From NCBI GenBank assembly GCA_046563655.1, contig CM102290.1, positions 14,260,001 to 14,324,000 on the forward strand: a DNA stretch of 64,000 bases, read 5' to 3'. Position 1 is the stretch's first letter. Every line of letters begins with the position of its first letter. This stretch comes from Yuukianura sp. NJ FZ-2021. Lineage: Eukaryota. Both the position numbers and the translations under genes were made by a program. The notes below the pieces were generated by a model that saw only the letters and a list, made by a program, of their open reading frames with translations, searched no databases and had not been told where the DNA came from. Shown piece after piece: positions 49,212 to 62,335 of this stretch.

Positions 49212-52200
49212 ATGGAGAGACAGGGAACAGTCGTTCTGTTCTTCCTGCTCTTCATTGTCGCATCAACAGTCGGCACCAAAAAAGCAACTCCGACATCATC
49301 TTCATCTTCTGCGGCAACAAAAAATGCCGAACGGCGCGAAAGTTCCAATTCGGACTCGTTTTCAATGCAACCGAGTTTTTCTTATCAGTATCACACTAAC
49401 GACAATGAAGACAACAGTGGTTCTGGTAAATTTGTTTTTTTTTATTGCAGTAAACTTCGGTTTTTCAAAATTCGAGTTTTCATTTTTTCCCGGTTTTTCT
49501 TCAGTAGAGAGCAAATTAGCACTTTTTCAAAAAAATTTCGTTCAGCTCCATTTCCCTCTCCCGGCATTTGAAAAGTGTTTGAAATGTCATCTCAAGACGT
49601 TTCGGAGGAAAAAGGGAAGAAAATTTTTGAAAAAGTCGCTTTTGATTTTTTCTTTTGATTTTGGGAGCCAAAACGTGAAATAAATCTTGACGTTGCCTGA
49701 ATCGATTTCTCTCTACTTATCCTTGTCCAACTTTTCTCTCTTTTATGACACAAGTCGCTTTTACTACTTCTTGGATAAGAACGTTATGAATGGAGGGAGG
49801 AGGAAGAAAGAAGGTTTGAATGTAAGCGCGTCCTTTTGAATCTTCCCTCCAAATCTGATCAGTTTGAATCTTCTTCTGAAGTGGAAGAAATACTAAAGTT
49901 GAAAGGAAGTTTTGGATAAGCCTAACGGCAAAGCGGCTTTTCCAAATTGAAAGAGGAACGGCGCCAAAACTGTTAATTTCAAAGCAGTTTCAAAAGTTTT
50001 CCATTTTGGGATTACGATTTTCAAATTTTGATGTTTTTAGGAAATTTGAATGGTCAAAGTAGCGGACTGGAAGGAACAAATACTGGAAGACAAGCCGTAG
50101 TGCAACAGAGGGACTCTTTTGCTGCTCCTATGGATTCATACTATGCACCCCCACCACCCACTTACGGACCACCCCCGCCACCCACTTACGGACCACCCCC
50201 ACCACCCACTTACGGACCACCCCCCACCCCCATCTCAACTTATGGCCCCCCACCAGCTGATACATACAGTCCCCCGCCAGCGCCACCTATGGACTCCTAT
50301 GCTCCGCCCCCCGACTATGTATACCCCATGCATGCATACGGTCCCCCGGAGCCATCTTACGGACCACCCCCTGCAGTATATGGCCCACCAGAACCTTCAT
50401 ATGGCCCACCCCCTGCAGTATATGGCCCACCAGAACCTTCATATGGCCCACCCCCTGCAGTATATGGCCCGCCCCCTTCAGTATATGGCCCACCGGAACC
50501 TTCTTATGGCCCACCCCCTCCAGAACCCTCTTATGGCCCGCCGCCTCCAGTATATGGCCCGCCAGAACCCTCTTATGGCCCACCCCCTGCAGTATATGGC
50601 CCACCGGAACCTTCATATGGCCCACCGCCTCAGGCATATGGCCCTCCAATGCCATCTTACGGACCACCAAAACCGTCTTATGGTTACGGTGGATATGGAG
50701 GGGGAGGAGTTGGTGGAGGAGGAGCCGGGGGAGGGGGTGGTGGAGCAGGAGGTGGAGAGGGTGGGAGTGGCGCCCTCCCACCACCCCCTACGGCCCCCGC
50801 AGTCAAGGGATCTATCGACTACGTCCTAATTCCTCTCATTTTGATTGGAATTGCTGGCCCCATTTTTGTGGTTCTGTACGTCGTGCTCGGGGCATTCGAA
50901 TCTCGGTTGGCTCCGGTCCTCGTGCGCTCCATGCCTTGGTCTTCTGTCATTACCAATTCATGGGAGACTCTCAAGGTAAATTTTGAGCGGGAACCTTTAA
51001 AATTTTAAAGTTTTCAAAAATTTGGTCTCTTTTTGTATTCACAGCCAGGAGCAGACTCACTCCTGGCCTCTGTCTCTCGTGCTCTCGACAATCAACAGTG
51101 CATGGAACGTGCCCTCTGCCACATTGGCAACTTCTGTCATGACCTTGGTCTCTCCGACGGCGGATTTCTACAGAGGTAAAGTAGGGGGGGGGGGGTACAA
51201 AAAAGAGAGGGAAAGTTTAAATTGAATTACAACTTGAAAGGAGATTGGAATTGGTGAGTGTAATGCTAGCCACTCAAAATGAGACCAAAAGTTAACGAGA
51301 AAAGGTCACGACGACGTTGAGCGGGAAAAAAAGAACTTTTTTTTGAAAACATCGTAGTATTTCAAATTATTGATCTCGCAGAAATTTTGTGAAAGACGAA
51401 GGTATTCAATTTTTTGAAAAAATTTAGGAGAAAGTGGAGAAGCTTCCAAGATTATGATTACAAAGAAATTGAAAAAAAAACGCCAAGATTTCAAAACGGA
51501 GGAGGAAAAGTTTAAATGTTGAAAATGTTTTACAGTGGATTCTCTAAATAAGGGACAGGAGCTCCTCCTCTTTCTCACTTTCACTCGAAGTCGCGGTACC
51601 GTAAAGTTTTAATTTTGGAGGGAACGTATGTTTCAGTTTATCGGCTTATTTTTTACGATTGTTTTTTTTTTTTGGTTAATTTTTTTTTGGTGCGAAACAA
51701 AAGTAATTAGATAATTAAATGGAATTAACTAATATTAATATATATATATTATATATATATATCTGCGCACAACCTGCGCAACAGCGCAAAACCTGCGCAA
51801 CAGCGCAAAACCTGCGCAACTGCGCACTGCATTTAATATATTATATTATATAACCTGTTTAATAAGGGTGACATTCACAACGTAATTTGCATATAATATA
51901 CCATATAATATTGATTAGTATATAGATATCACATATAATTAGCATTAATATTTGAATATTATGTATATTAATATTAATTATACTCTGAACTTCGAAACAG
52001 GAAATTTTGGTGTTCCTAGCCTTAAATTCCATATAGCTGACAGTTTACCAGAAATCTTACGGTACTGGGGGAGGCGTCTACTACCAATCCTCCAATCGTG
52101 ATTTTTTCCCTTATTTAGAGAATCCACTGTATTTTAAAATGTTTAATAATTTTCCATTTTTTTTTGTTTTGCAAAAACCGCCAAATTTATGAGATTCAAA

Positions 52201-53389
52201 TTCGGCCATGACCGCGAACTGTTTTCCTTTAACACTTTGCTTTTCTGTGTTACACTTACTGTAACCTTGTTAGTGTTACACTGTTACACTAATTGTAACA
52301 GAAAATGTCATGCACTGCTGCACAGAACAACTTCATCTCCGAATGCGTAAAAATCTTTTTAAAAAACCGTGTCAACACGCAATTTAAGCCAATTTTAAAT
52401 TTCCGATGAGAAATTTTGTTACTTGTACGACTAATTAAGCTAATGTAGCAAAATACGCAATTCTGCAAAAGTTCAACTATGATTTTTGCAATGTTACCAA
52501 TTCGGTGGTCCCCAAATTTTCAATTTTACTACCGCTTTGCGTCAGAACTCTCCTCCAAAACTTTCGCGCCTTTCTTTCAAAAAATTTTTCTGCGCCAAGA
52601 AAATCAAAAAGTAAACAACGGTTGAATTGAAGAAAAAAGTTGTCGCGTGCCCGTCACTTCTTTTTCCCACCACTCTACAATTTAACAAATCAGATGGTTT
52701 AGATTAAGTAAATTCTACCATCACTAAACATTGACAATGGTCATTGATGATTATCAGGCTTGCTAAAAATATTTACTAAAAACCGCCAACATATTTATTG
52801 AAATATTTGTTCTCAACCAACGAAAAATGAATTGTCCTAACAGGTTGAGTACTACCTCGCTTGTTGACAAAAAAATGAAAAAAAGAAAAATTGGTAAATA
52901 AATGAAAATAAAATATGTAAAATTTAAAAAACTCGGTGCATTGTTATGAAACGAAAGATACTTTTTTTTTAAATCGAAAAACAAATTCAAAAGTTTTGGA
53001 GGAGAGTTCTGACGCAAAGCGGTACTTTCTCCAAATTTTTCAAAATTTGAAAATTCAAAATTTCACTGAACTGAAATCTACGACTCTGAATTTGAAATTC
53101 CGAATAATAAGTTGTTGTTTTTGAATTTAGTTTTTTTTAGAAACTACTTTAATTTTTTATACTTTTCTTTGAAATGTACAGTATGATCCATAATTGTCCA
53201 GTCGTTGTTAAAGTTAAAATTTTAATCAACGGTTTTTGTCTGGGTCAAAGGTCATTGGACGGAGTGCCATGGAGTAACAACCTGCGGAAAAAGTACAGAA
53301 AGTACCAAAAGTCCATTGAAGTTCTGTCGTTGTCAATTAAAAGGAAGAAAACCTGCTCAACTTTCAAGTGTAGCCCAGTGCCCAACTAA
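49212..53389 (+). CDS. Secreted/membrane Pro-Tyr-rich (YGPP-repeat) protein with hydrophobic segment and C-terminal Cys motif (DM4/DM12-like); 4 exons, ~472 aa
   Basis: Exons 49212-49425, 50041-50975, 51045-51175 and 53251-53389 splice in frame. Signal peptide; many SYGPP/VYGPP repeats; Gly run; hydrophobic [30 protein letters not shown] and terminal CSTFKC. Confidence 0.88.
51533..52129. mobile_element. Tc1/mariner-type MITE (TA TSD) in an intron
   Basis: 23-bp perfect TIRs CAGTGGATTCTCTAAATAAGGGA flanked by TA. Interior has an AT microsatellite and short CTGCGCAAC repeats (51762-51830). Confidence 0.88.
52532..53022. mobile_element. TA-flanked TIR element containing a fragment of the CAAGGTT MITE
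   Basis: ~33-bp TIRs CCGCTTTGCGTCAGAACTCTCCTCCAAAACTTT flanked by TA. Internal CTAACAGGTTGAGTACTACCTCGCTTGTTGAC matches the CAAGGTT family. Confidence 0.8.
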
Positions 53390-54627
53390 CTCACAGTTAA
53401 TCACGCTGTACATTTGGATACGTGCACCCACAACCGTCAAAAGGTGCATGATCATAGATGCACCTCCAAAAACCAGTTTCGAAAAACAACTTTTTCCAAC
53501 AAACTATTTTCTAAAGACATTACTACACCCTGCTTTGTCCTTTGAATTGAAATTTTGACGCCATTGGAATCCGGAATGTAATTTGAAACTTCCCGCACAC
53601 AAAAAGTGTTCTGATGACCTCCACTCACATTCCGCAATCTCTGACGCAGTTAAAAAAAATACCGTGTGGCCCAAATTAAAATTTTCCCGCCATATTCAAT
53701 TTATATCCCAAAATTCATTTTGGGACATCCGGTACATTCCTGAAAAAAGAGAAATTTGTTCCTTCGTTGATAAAAACTAAACTATATAAAATGCAGCAAA
53801 ATATATATTATATATTAAATTATTATATTATGTTTTTATCTTATTAAATATTATATAGTTATTGTTATGTTAATGTTTTAGTGTTACTTTAAAATTTGAG
53901 AGGCAAAAGGGAAATCTAAAGGGGTAAAATACAAATTTTGAATAAAAAAAAAGTGTAAATTTGGTTGTGTTTTGTGTCATTAACGAAAGAGAAAACGATT
54001 GAGTTTTTGTACAGGATGTAACAAAAGTTAATAGAGAATGTACACTGTGTACCAAAATGTAATAATTTCCAAAGGTCATAGTCATCCTTTGAACTCTAAC
54101 TGCAATATGTGAGTAGTTAGTAGGCGAATGAGTTATGAAAAAAGTAACCAGTTTAACAAGTTTTCTCCACTGAACAGTTTTCGATTTAATTAAGTAAAAG
54201 TTATATAAATTATTATACAATTAAGCATAAAAAGTTTAACAAAAAAATATTTCAAGATTTCACAATTTCATAATTTCCAAATTCTGCAAAAATTTCCACC
54301 AAAGAAGACATAAGTATGGGATTTAAGTTTTTATTTGTGACATTTTTATTTTGAGTTTCGTAAAATATCAAGGTGAAACTAAATAAGAAAGTAAAGAGGC
54401 TTGACAAATTCTGAAAATCTGAAATTTTGAAAATCGAAATTTTTATAAACTGAAAGAATTTGAAATTTGTTTTACAAAATAAATACGAAACGATGGCTCT
54501 GGAATTATTACCTACCTGAGGATATAATACAAAATCTTTTTTTTTTAAATCTATTTTTTCAGTCTTTTAACATTTCCTTTCAGTTTTGGCGCCCTTTTTG
54601 AAACTCGAAATTTTGAAATTCGGTTTT

Positions 54628-55322
54628 TTACTCCACATTGACAGCGTTCAAGCTCTGGTACTTTTCAAATGCCTTGAACACACTGCGAGCAATCCTGGCC
54701 ACATCGTCTGTGCTCACTTTTTCTGCCAGTTCCTGCAGACTTCGGCTCCCGCGCAAATTCAAAATCTTGGGAACCAATAGAAAACCGCCTCCAACTACTG
54801 CAGCCACTGACACGAGAGCAACTGCAATGTCAGTCATGTGATACTTCTCCCAGGCACTCACTTGTTGTTCCGGCATGTATGGCACGGAAGCAGGATAGGT
54901 GGCGCCCTGTCCGTTCTGCAGTGGCCCGCCGTTAGGGTAGTACACAATGTTAAACGTCTATATAAAAACACATGTAATTATGTAATATTATATAATATTT
55001 GTTATTTGTTTATGTAAATTTAGCCTTTCCTGCCAAAATTTACCTGTGGCTGAACAGCTGATCCAGCTCCGGCGGGCGCCCCAGGATCCTGGGCGGGCAG
55101 GACACTTTCCCGCTCCTCTGCTACTGGCTGATGCAATTGGGCGGGTTGTGCATGGACTTCGTCAGAGGGCGCCACGAGCGATTTCCCTGCAGGCATTGGT
55201 GATCCCACAACTGAGACGACTGATGGATTTCTGGTGTAGACTGGACGGCTAGGGGTGTGAGTCATGCAGGTTCCAAACGCCACCAGTCCAAAAATGACAA
55301 AAACGATTCCGGATGACCTCAT
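54628..55322 (-). CDS. Secreted/single-pass Pro/Gln/Tyr-rich protein of unknown function; 2 coding exons, ~202 aa
   Basis: Exons 55322-55044 and 54957-54628 splice in phase 0. Signal peptide MRSSGIVFVIFGLVAFG, VYYP motif, hydrophobic IAVALVSVAAVVGGGFLLVP, then RSL and an amphipathic tail VARIARSVFKAFEKY. Confidence 0.85.
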
Positions 55323-56404
55323 GTTGACCTTTTGGTTAGAAATTCTGCAAATAAAAATTTCAATCAAGCAAAAATAACATCAGATGAATGGTAGGACAGA
55401 CACAGACGGATATAAAAAAAATTAGTATAACCTTCAATTTTTTTTGTCCGCGGTTTTCCGAGAGAGCAGAGATTTAAAAAAGTGAGGAAAGAAGTGACAA
55501 AATCACTTGAAAAAGAGACATTTTTTGACCAAAACATGGCACTCGACGCATGAAATGTCTGAAAATGTCACTTTTTCGTCTACACATGAGTCGGTTGAGT
55601 GAGTGACCAAAAAAGTGACATTTTTGTAAAATGTGGATGAGTTAATTAAAAGTAAAGTAAAAGTGAGAACATCCTGCACTTTCGCTTGTCGTTTTGTTTC
55701 TCACTGTAGGTGGAATCGCCATGAATCATCTTTTAATTAAAATCTCTCAAATAAGGAGAACAGGATTCTGAACTTGACCTTTGGGTGAGAGAGTGTAGGT
55801 GAATCATGCGCAGAAGCCAAAAGAAGTATGTGCAGAAGCACAAGAGAAATGCACTGCGCAGGAGTGAGAGAAACCATTGGGCAATCGACTGCAACTTTAA
55901 AGAGCAAGATTCAGAGGAAAGATGAACATGATGATCTAACTACCACGGTAAAAGCTACAAAAAATTCAACTGTTCACAACTTTTATAACAAAACGAAAAA
56001 GAAAATCAATGTTTTCAAAATTTTCAAAATTTTTCAAAATTTTGCATACTGCCTAGCTCCATTTCCAACTTTCGAATCATAGTAATTACCTTTTTTGGGG
56101 GGAGTTTGAGATTAAGTAACTTCCGGCTAAAAACTTTTTTTTTCAAAAAAAAAAAGTAATTAACCTGGTAGTTTTAAGTACTTTTTTGGCACTTTTTGTA
56201 CCCAAAGTGCTCAAAGGCTCAAAAGTGCTCTCAATTTTACAAATTCAAAAACAAAGAATTTTTTTTCGAAACTTTTTTTTTTCAAAAGTGAATGACGTAG
56301 TTTTCCCTCGTTCTATTTTCCCTTGCTGACATTAATTGTTCGACCAAAGAAAGTTAGTTACTTCCTTCCTCTGTTTCCCACCTCCTCCGATTAGAGTGAC
56401 ACAG

Positions 56405-56490
56405 AAACGGAGTGACCAGGAGGCGGAAGTGCGTCTGCCCAGAATCCTCACCTGACTTTGGCCGTGGGTTCGAATCCTCGTTCCCTCAAA
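56405..56490 (+). mobile_element. tRNA-derived SINE-like head (degenerate)
   Basis: Pol III B-box GGTTCGAATCC at 56467-56477 with a weak A-box-like sequence upstream. No convincing full cloverleaf. Confidence 0.4.
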
Positions 56491-57669
56491 GTGGGTCTTG
56501 ATCTCCTTACTGTTTTGATTAATTTGGAGTTTAAGGGCGTGTGATTCCTTGGCAACTGAACCTTGTCCTCCTCTCTCCTGCAACACTTTGAGGCACTGAG
56601 GCCTGGATCCTCGGTTTTTCTACTTTTCCAAGGGCCCACCCCTTCAACCTAACACTAACGTTCAAGGGACTCAAGAGTCCAACCAAACTGGAGGGGGCCC
56701 TTACCTAGCTTAACTAAAGTGATTAAGGGACCATGCAGAAGGTGAGTCCAAGGGCTCCCCTGAACAGTCAAGGCCGGACAAACGCCTTTCAGCTTGACCT
56801 CGACCACCAATCCGATTATTTTGAGCTTTTTCAAAAAAAAAAACATAAATTTCTCGACAAAAAAATCTTAAGGGCTCTTCCCTTAACATTGTAGATATGA
56901 AAAAGTGGAAATTGACTCAAAATATTCATTCTTCAAAATTACGAAAATGTGAAAGTTTAACAAAAATATTCACTGGTTTAGTACATGAAGTTCGTCACGT
57001 AATTTGACCAAGATTTTTAACACGTGATTTCAAGTAATTCACGTTCCTTTTTTCAAGGTACAAAAAACGAAAAATTTTATCCAAGAAAAACATTTTTAAC
57101 TTCAAAACAAGGTCCAAGATTGATCAACTTTAGAGAAAGAAATTAAAATTTTTAATTTAAATTGGGGCACTGTGAGATTTTGCTCTTTTTGGGGCAATGT
57201 GAGATTTTTCTCTTTTTAATTCCCTTAAAGCCGCCTCAAGTCAATATAAATCACAGTATCTACTTAATTTTCATTCCTTGCAGAGTCAACATTTGTGAAT
57301 GAAGCAGATCAAACTTTCTTTTCGTTTTCTGCGCAGCTATCAATGGCTTACTCAGAACTGTTCTGCGCATACACCAAACGTAAATGAACTTATAGCCTAT
57401 GGGTTTTAGCTATCCAAAGCCTATAAATTATGCATGGTCTCATTTCTCCAATTCCGAATCCATTTTTTTTCTTACTGTAAAGAAAATCTTTACTTTGAAG
57501 GTGAAGATTCCCGTAAGAAATGAATGAATTTAAAAAGCAACTTTTTGTACGTTCCGGGACACTTTTGGACGGTCACTTCCGGACGGAAGGTTGCGGACGA
57601 TATTCTTATGGTAAAAAAGGACATGACTTTACGTGGCTTAAAAACATACCAAAGTGACCGGGCACTATA

Positions 57670-57850
57670 GTGCCGTCCATGAGTCTTCCGGTACCGGTAC
57701 GACAGTTACCGTTCATGAGTCTTCCGGTAGCGGTACGACATTTACCGTCCACGAGTCTACCGGTACGACAGTTACCGTCCATGAGTCTACCGGTACGACA
57801 GTTACCGTCCATGAGTCTACCGGTACGACAGTTACCGTCCACGAGTGTCT
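57670..57850 (+). repeat. 30/36-bp minisatellite CCGGTACGACAGTTACCGTCCATGAGTCTA
   Basis: About five to six units. Explains the repetitive ORFs MDGNCRTGRL and TVTVHESTGT. Confidence 0.92.
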
Positions 57851-60651
57851 CGGTATGTTTTGAAGTGAAGATGAGGTGATTTGCCTAACACCCCCTTAAC
57901 TTTTTAACTTAAATTTTTGCAGTGTTGCTCACTTTGTGCAAAAAAGTAAAGTTTTTGCATCTTGAGGGGCAGAGCGGGGTGCTTTTCCCGCTGCAAAAAG
58001 AAGAAAAAAATCGCCAAGTATAAAATCCGACTGAGGCCTCACCAACGAACCCAGTTTTCATTTTGACATTTTCTCAAAAAAGGAATTTCAAGTGCAAGAG
58101 TTTATTCAAAATCGAAAATTTTGAAAAAAGTTCATTTGATTAATTTCCAATTGAGTTGCAACCCTAAGTGTGGATTTTTGACCTTTTGGATTGACCGGTT
58201 GACCCTCTGTGGATTTTTTTTGGAATTTTAATAAAACCAAGTTTTTTAAAAAAAGGTGAGCAAATTTTTCATAGCAGTTTGGATTCAATTTCTAAAAAGT
58301 TTTAGCAGTTTAAAAAAATTGTTTCCAAGTACCCCCTGCCCTTAAGTGTTAAAGAAGCCAAGGGTACCTTTTGACCGCCCCTTGTTTGGGGGGTGGGTGG
58401 GGTACCCTTAGTCCCTGATGTGATGAGATTACTGAGGAATGCAAGAGATGAGGGGCCCTTGAAGGAGTCCTTGAGGAAACCAAAAGGTGTCTGTTAAGGG
58501 CTCCTCTTCACTTAGGATGTTAAGGGCCCCTCTGCACTAAAAGTCTGAGAGTAACGGTACTTTTGTGAAGGTCAACTGCATCATTTCCTTACACAACACT
58601 CACCAGTTAACCTTCAAGGTCAGGAGGGCCCTTAAGAGCAGGACTTAATTCAGAGAGGGTACTTCAAGTTGTTGAACCCTCTTCCAGCAAATCCTGCTCA
58701 TCATTAAAGGATCCAAAAAAAAGTTTTTTTTTTTAAATGTGGAAATTTTTTAAAACTATTTTTAATTTCTCTATTACAAAAAGTAGACCATTCAACATCA
58801 TTGCATTTTTTTTTTGTTTTTCCGCAAAGAGTGCTCCAGAGTGCGTTCAAAATTTCAAAAATTTCCACTTTTCAAAAAAAGGTTCAAAGACAATGTGCAA
58901 TTTGAATTGCAATTTATGTATCTTGCATTTCGAGCAGTATGGTTATTTTTTTTTGTAAGTTGAAGGTGTAGGTCATTAGGATCATAGCCGCCAAAATTTA
59001 AAAAAAAAAAGTTGTTGGCAACCGAAATGTGGCATAAAAACGTTTCTCATTAAAAAATTATGGTTTTTGTTCCGCTCCGAAAACTAAATCAAACATTACT
59101 CGCAATGTCATCACTTTTAATGATTCCTGTTTCCAAATTCGAAGTTTTGTTTTATCAAATAGGGTTAATGATTCTTATTTTTAAAAAAAAGCAATTAAGA
59201 AACTGCAATCTAAAATCTAGAAAAATGTAAAATGTCAACTAGAAGTTGTAAAATTTTCAAACTTTAACAACTTCCGTTTCAGTTTTCACTTTTCAAAATA
59301 TCCTGTGATTTCTCTTTTTGTTGAAATAGGTGATACCTACCATGGTTTAAGAATTCTTGAAACAGTAAAGTTTTTAGGAATAGTTGTCACTTTTTTTAAA
59401 ATCTAAAAAAGTAATCCAACTTTCAAAAATAACTGGACGAAAGTGTAAAATTTTTTAAACATCTCACAAAAAACAACAAAGTTTTGGAGAAAACTTTTAA
59501 TTAAATTAATTGAGCTCTGCACGTAGTTGACCAGTCAAGGATGTACAGTTGCGCAGATCTTCTTTTTTTGTGTATTGCATTGGAAAGTACAAAGTGAATC
59601 AAAAAGTGGCCAAAGTGATCATAAGAGTTGACATGATTAGAAATTACATGATGTTGAGAAGGTGTAACTTTCCAAATGGAGAGATTCCGTTGTAAAAACA
59701 ACAGAAAATCATCCAAAATGGAAACAGTTGTAACTTTCAAGTTACAAAATGTTACACATTTTGGAAGTTAAAAAAATTTTGGGACTAGGGCGGGATTAGG
59801 TTAACAATTTGAAAAAAAGTAGGTGAAGAGCAGGGTGAAGCAGGATACAGTTTAGAACGTAAAAAGTTCAGCGTCCCGTATCGGTCAGAGTAGCAGGTCA
59901 ATGTGAAGGCCGAGGATCCGTTAGGGAACAAGTTGAGCAACAACAACAATTTCAACCCCCCCCCCCCCACTACAGCACTACAGGTAGTGAGGGGGGGGGG
60001 TTCACTCAAAACCTGAATCTTACCCCCCCCCTCAAACAACCAAAAATGTTTCATCTGTTATCCCCCCCCCCCCTAAACGCCACAAAATCTCTCAATCTTC
60101 TCGGTAGAACAGAAAGAATTTCACAGTAAGTGAAGAAAAATTTTTTAATAAAAAATTTTTATCAACATTTCTCTGAAAAGTAGGTTAGGGGTGGTGAGTG
60201 GCTGCTTTCGGGAAGGGGGGGGGGGGTATGGCTTTTGGCAATTGATGGGGGGGGGTCAGGTCCCCACCCCTAGACGCATCTAATTGCAAAGTCACTGCCC
60301 CAGAAGATGTTCCTCAAATTACGCACACCGTAAGGTTCACTTTGATAATTTTCGGTGCCCATCAGATTAAAGTTTCAAAAAAGTGCGGTCATTCACAACT
60401 TTTTGAAAAATAAGAGAACTGTGTCGTTCCACATGAAGAAAAATGAAGAAAAACTTTCAAAAAATTCAAAATTTACTGCCGCAGATCCAATTATGTTGAG
60501 GTGCCAAAATTTTAAAAAGAAAAGTTAAAGTTGAGATGCCAAGTAGAACTGTTGTATTTTGATTGAGTTATGCGCCTCACCTGCAACACTTTTTCAAAAA
60601 AAATGGCACCAAATTTTGAAAATGTTTAATTTTTAAATTAGGTAAAAAGAC

Positions 60652-62335
60652 ATGGCGTGGCATCGAGAGCTTCTGTTGGCCTTGGCCTTCATTGCGTCTG
60701 CCCTTGCGGCTCCACAGGCTCAACAACTCCAACAATCCTCACTTCAGGTTAAAACTAAGTTAAAAATGTTAAAACTTAAGTTGAAAATGTTAAAACAATG
60801 TTAAAATGTTAGAATCAAAGTAATCGAAATTTGTGGTGCAGACATCAGCAAGTCAACCAGTGGCTCAAAACAGAGAAGCACCAGCATACCCCGATTCGGG
60901 CTACTCCACGGGCTACGGTGGTGGCAACACTGCAGCCTACGGTGCACCAGCAGCAGCACCATCTAATGCTTATGGTGCACCAGCAGCCGGTGGCTACGCT
61001 GGTGCTGCCGCTGCACCATCACAACAGTATGGAGCTGCCGCTCAACCCGCTCCAGGCGCAAACACGGGCTACTATTACTACTACTACCCTGTACAGGTAT
61101 TTTGTCTTTCGGCGGGAAAAAAGTTCATGGCGGGACAAATTTTTAAATTTTGGCGGTTTTTGTTAAATTTTAGGAGCAAAAGGAAGGCGGTGGTGCTGGA
61201 GGAGCTCACTACACTCCAGCGTCTAACAAAGAGAACTACGCTGCATCAGACTCTTACGGAATTGACCCCTTGGGGATCATCGCTGTTCTGGCTGTCGCTG
61301 GACTGGTCATTGCTGGCCTTGCTCTTCTCTTTCCAGGATGGGCATATGTTAGGAGTGACGAAAATGTTTACTACAGAGCTTCCTCAGGTAAACAATCCAT
61401 TTGTCTTCATTTTTAACACTAGAGTTACTGGGGAAGTGTAAAAAGGTCAACATAAACTGTTCAACAAGTTACAAGCTAAACACTGTGTTTTTTAAATAAT
61501 TTTAAACATTGATTTTTGTTTGAAATGTTCCCGCCATAAATTGTTCCGACAAGCCGGGTTGGGGCGACGTGAGATTTGTTACGTTTCAAGTAAAAACCTA
61601 TTGTATTGTAAATTAGAATCAGCGGCGAAGCCCCAGCAAGCTTGGTAGGGTAAAGCTTGTTCAAACAAAGAAAATAAAGTAGGTTTTAAAAACATGAGAA
61701 TTTAAAAGATTTATTAAAATTTAAAAATTAAAAAAAAAATTTTTTAACGAATTGAAAAGAAAAATTAGGTTGATGGATTGATGTTGACTGTTTTGCTGTT
61801 GATCTTTTTGAAGCGAGAACATACACAACACTTGTCGATTCTGGATTTTAATGCTCCTCCTTTAGCCTTGGTCCCAAGGAGTCCACTACGACAGTTCGAT
61901 TTTGAGAAAACGAAAAAAAAAATTTTTTTTTTTGAACCTCCTTTTTTTTAACAGAAATTTCGAAATTCTTGGGCATGAGCAGTGAAGACTACTCGACGAT
62001 TATGCGTCTTGTACTCAAGGCTATTGAAGGAGAAGACTGCGTTGAAAAGACGCTGTGTGGCGTTGGGAAACTGGTCAAGAAGAAAGTGAAGAACGCCGAG
62101 GGATACTTGAAGTAAGCTTGACCTCTGACCTCTAAGGTCAATGACCCCTGACCTCTAAGGTTAATGACCTCTGACCTTAAATTTTGAATTTTCGAAATTT
62201 TGAACTTTCAGGGTCGTAGAAGAATTTGCTCCAAGTTCTGTGTCTACAACTGTTCACAAACTGCGCTCAATTATGAAAAAGGGAGACGAATGTACGAAAA
62301 CCGTCGTTTGTGCAAAGAAAACCAAACAACAGTAA
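60652..62335 (+). CDS. Secreted/membrane Tyr-Gly-Ala-rich (YGAP) protein with hydrophobic segment and DM4/DM12-like Cys motif; 5 exons, ~281 aa
   Basis: Exons 60652-60747, 60842-61096, 61174-61387, 61955-62111 and 62212-62335 splice in frame. Signal peptide MAWHRELLLALAFIASALA, YGAP repeats, GYYYYYYP, hydrophobic IIAVLAVAGLVIAGLALLFP, CVEKTLC and terminal CTKTVVC. Confidence 0.9.

Noticed and set aside
50119..50829. His/Leu-rich alternative-frame and antisense ORFs
   Set aside because: Shadows of the YGPP repeat exon.
56405..56490. Functional tRNA gene
   Set aside because: A B-box is present, but no proper acceptor stem or anticodon arm could be folded. Kept only as a SINE-like fragment.
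57606..57879. Repetitive ORFs in three frames
   Set aside because: Translation of a 30-bp minisatellite.
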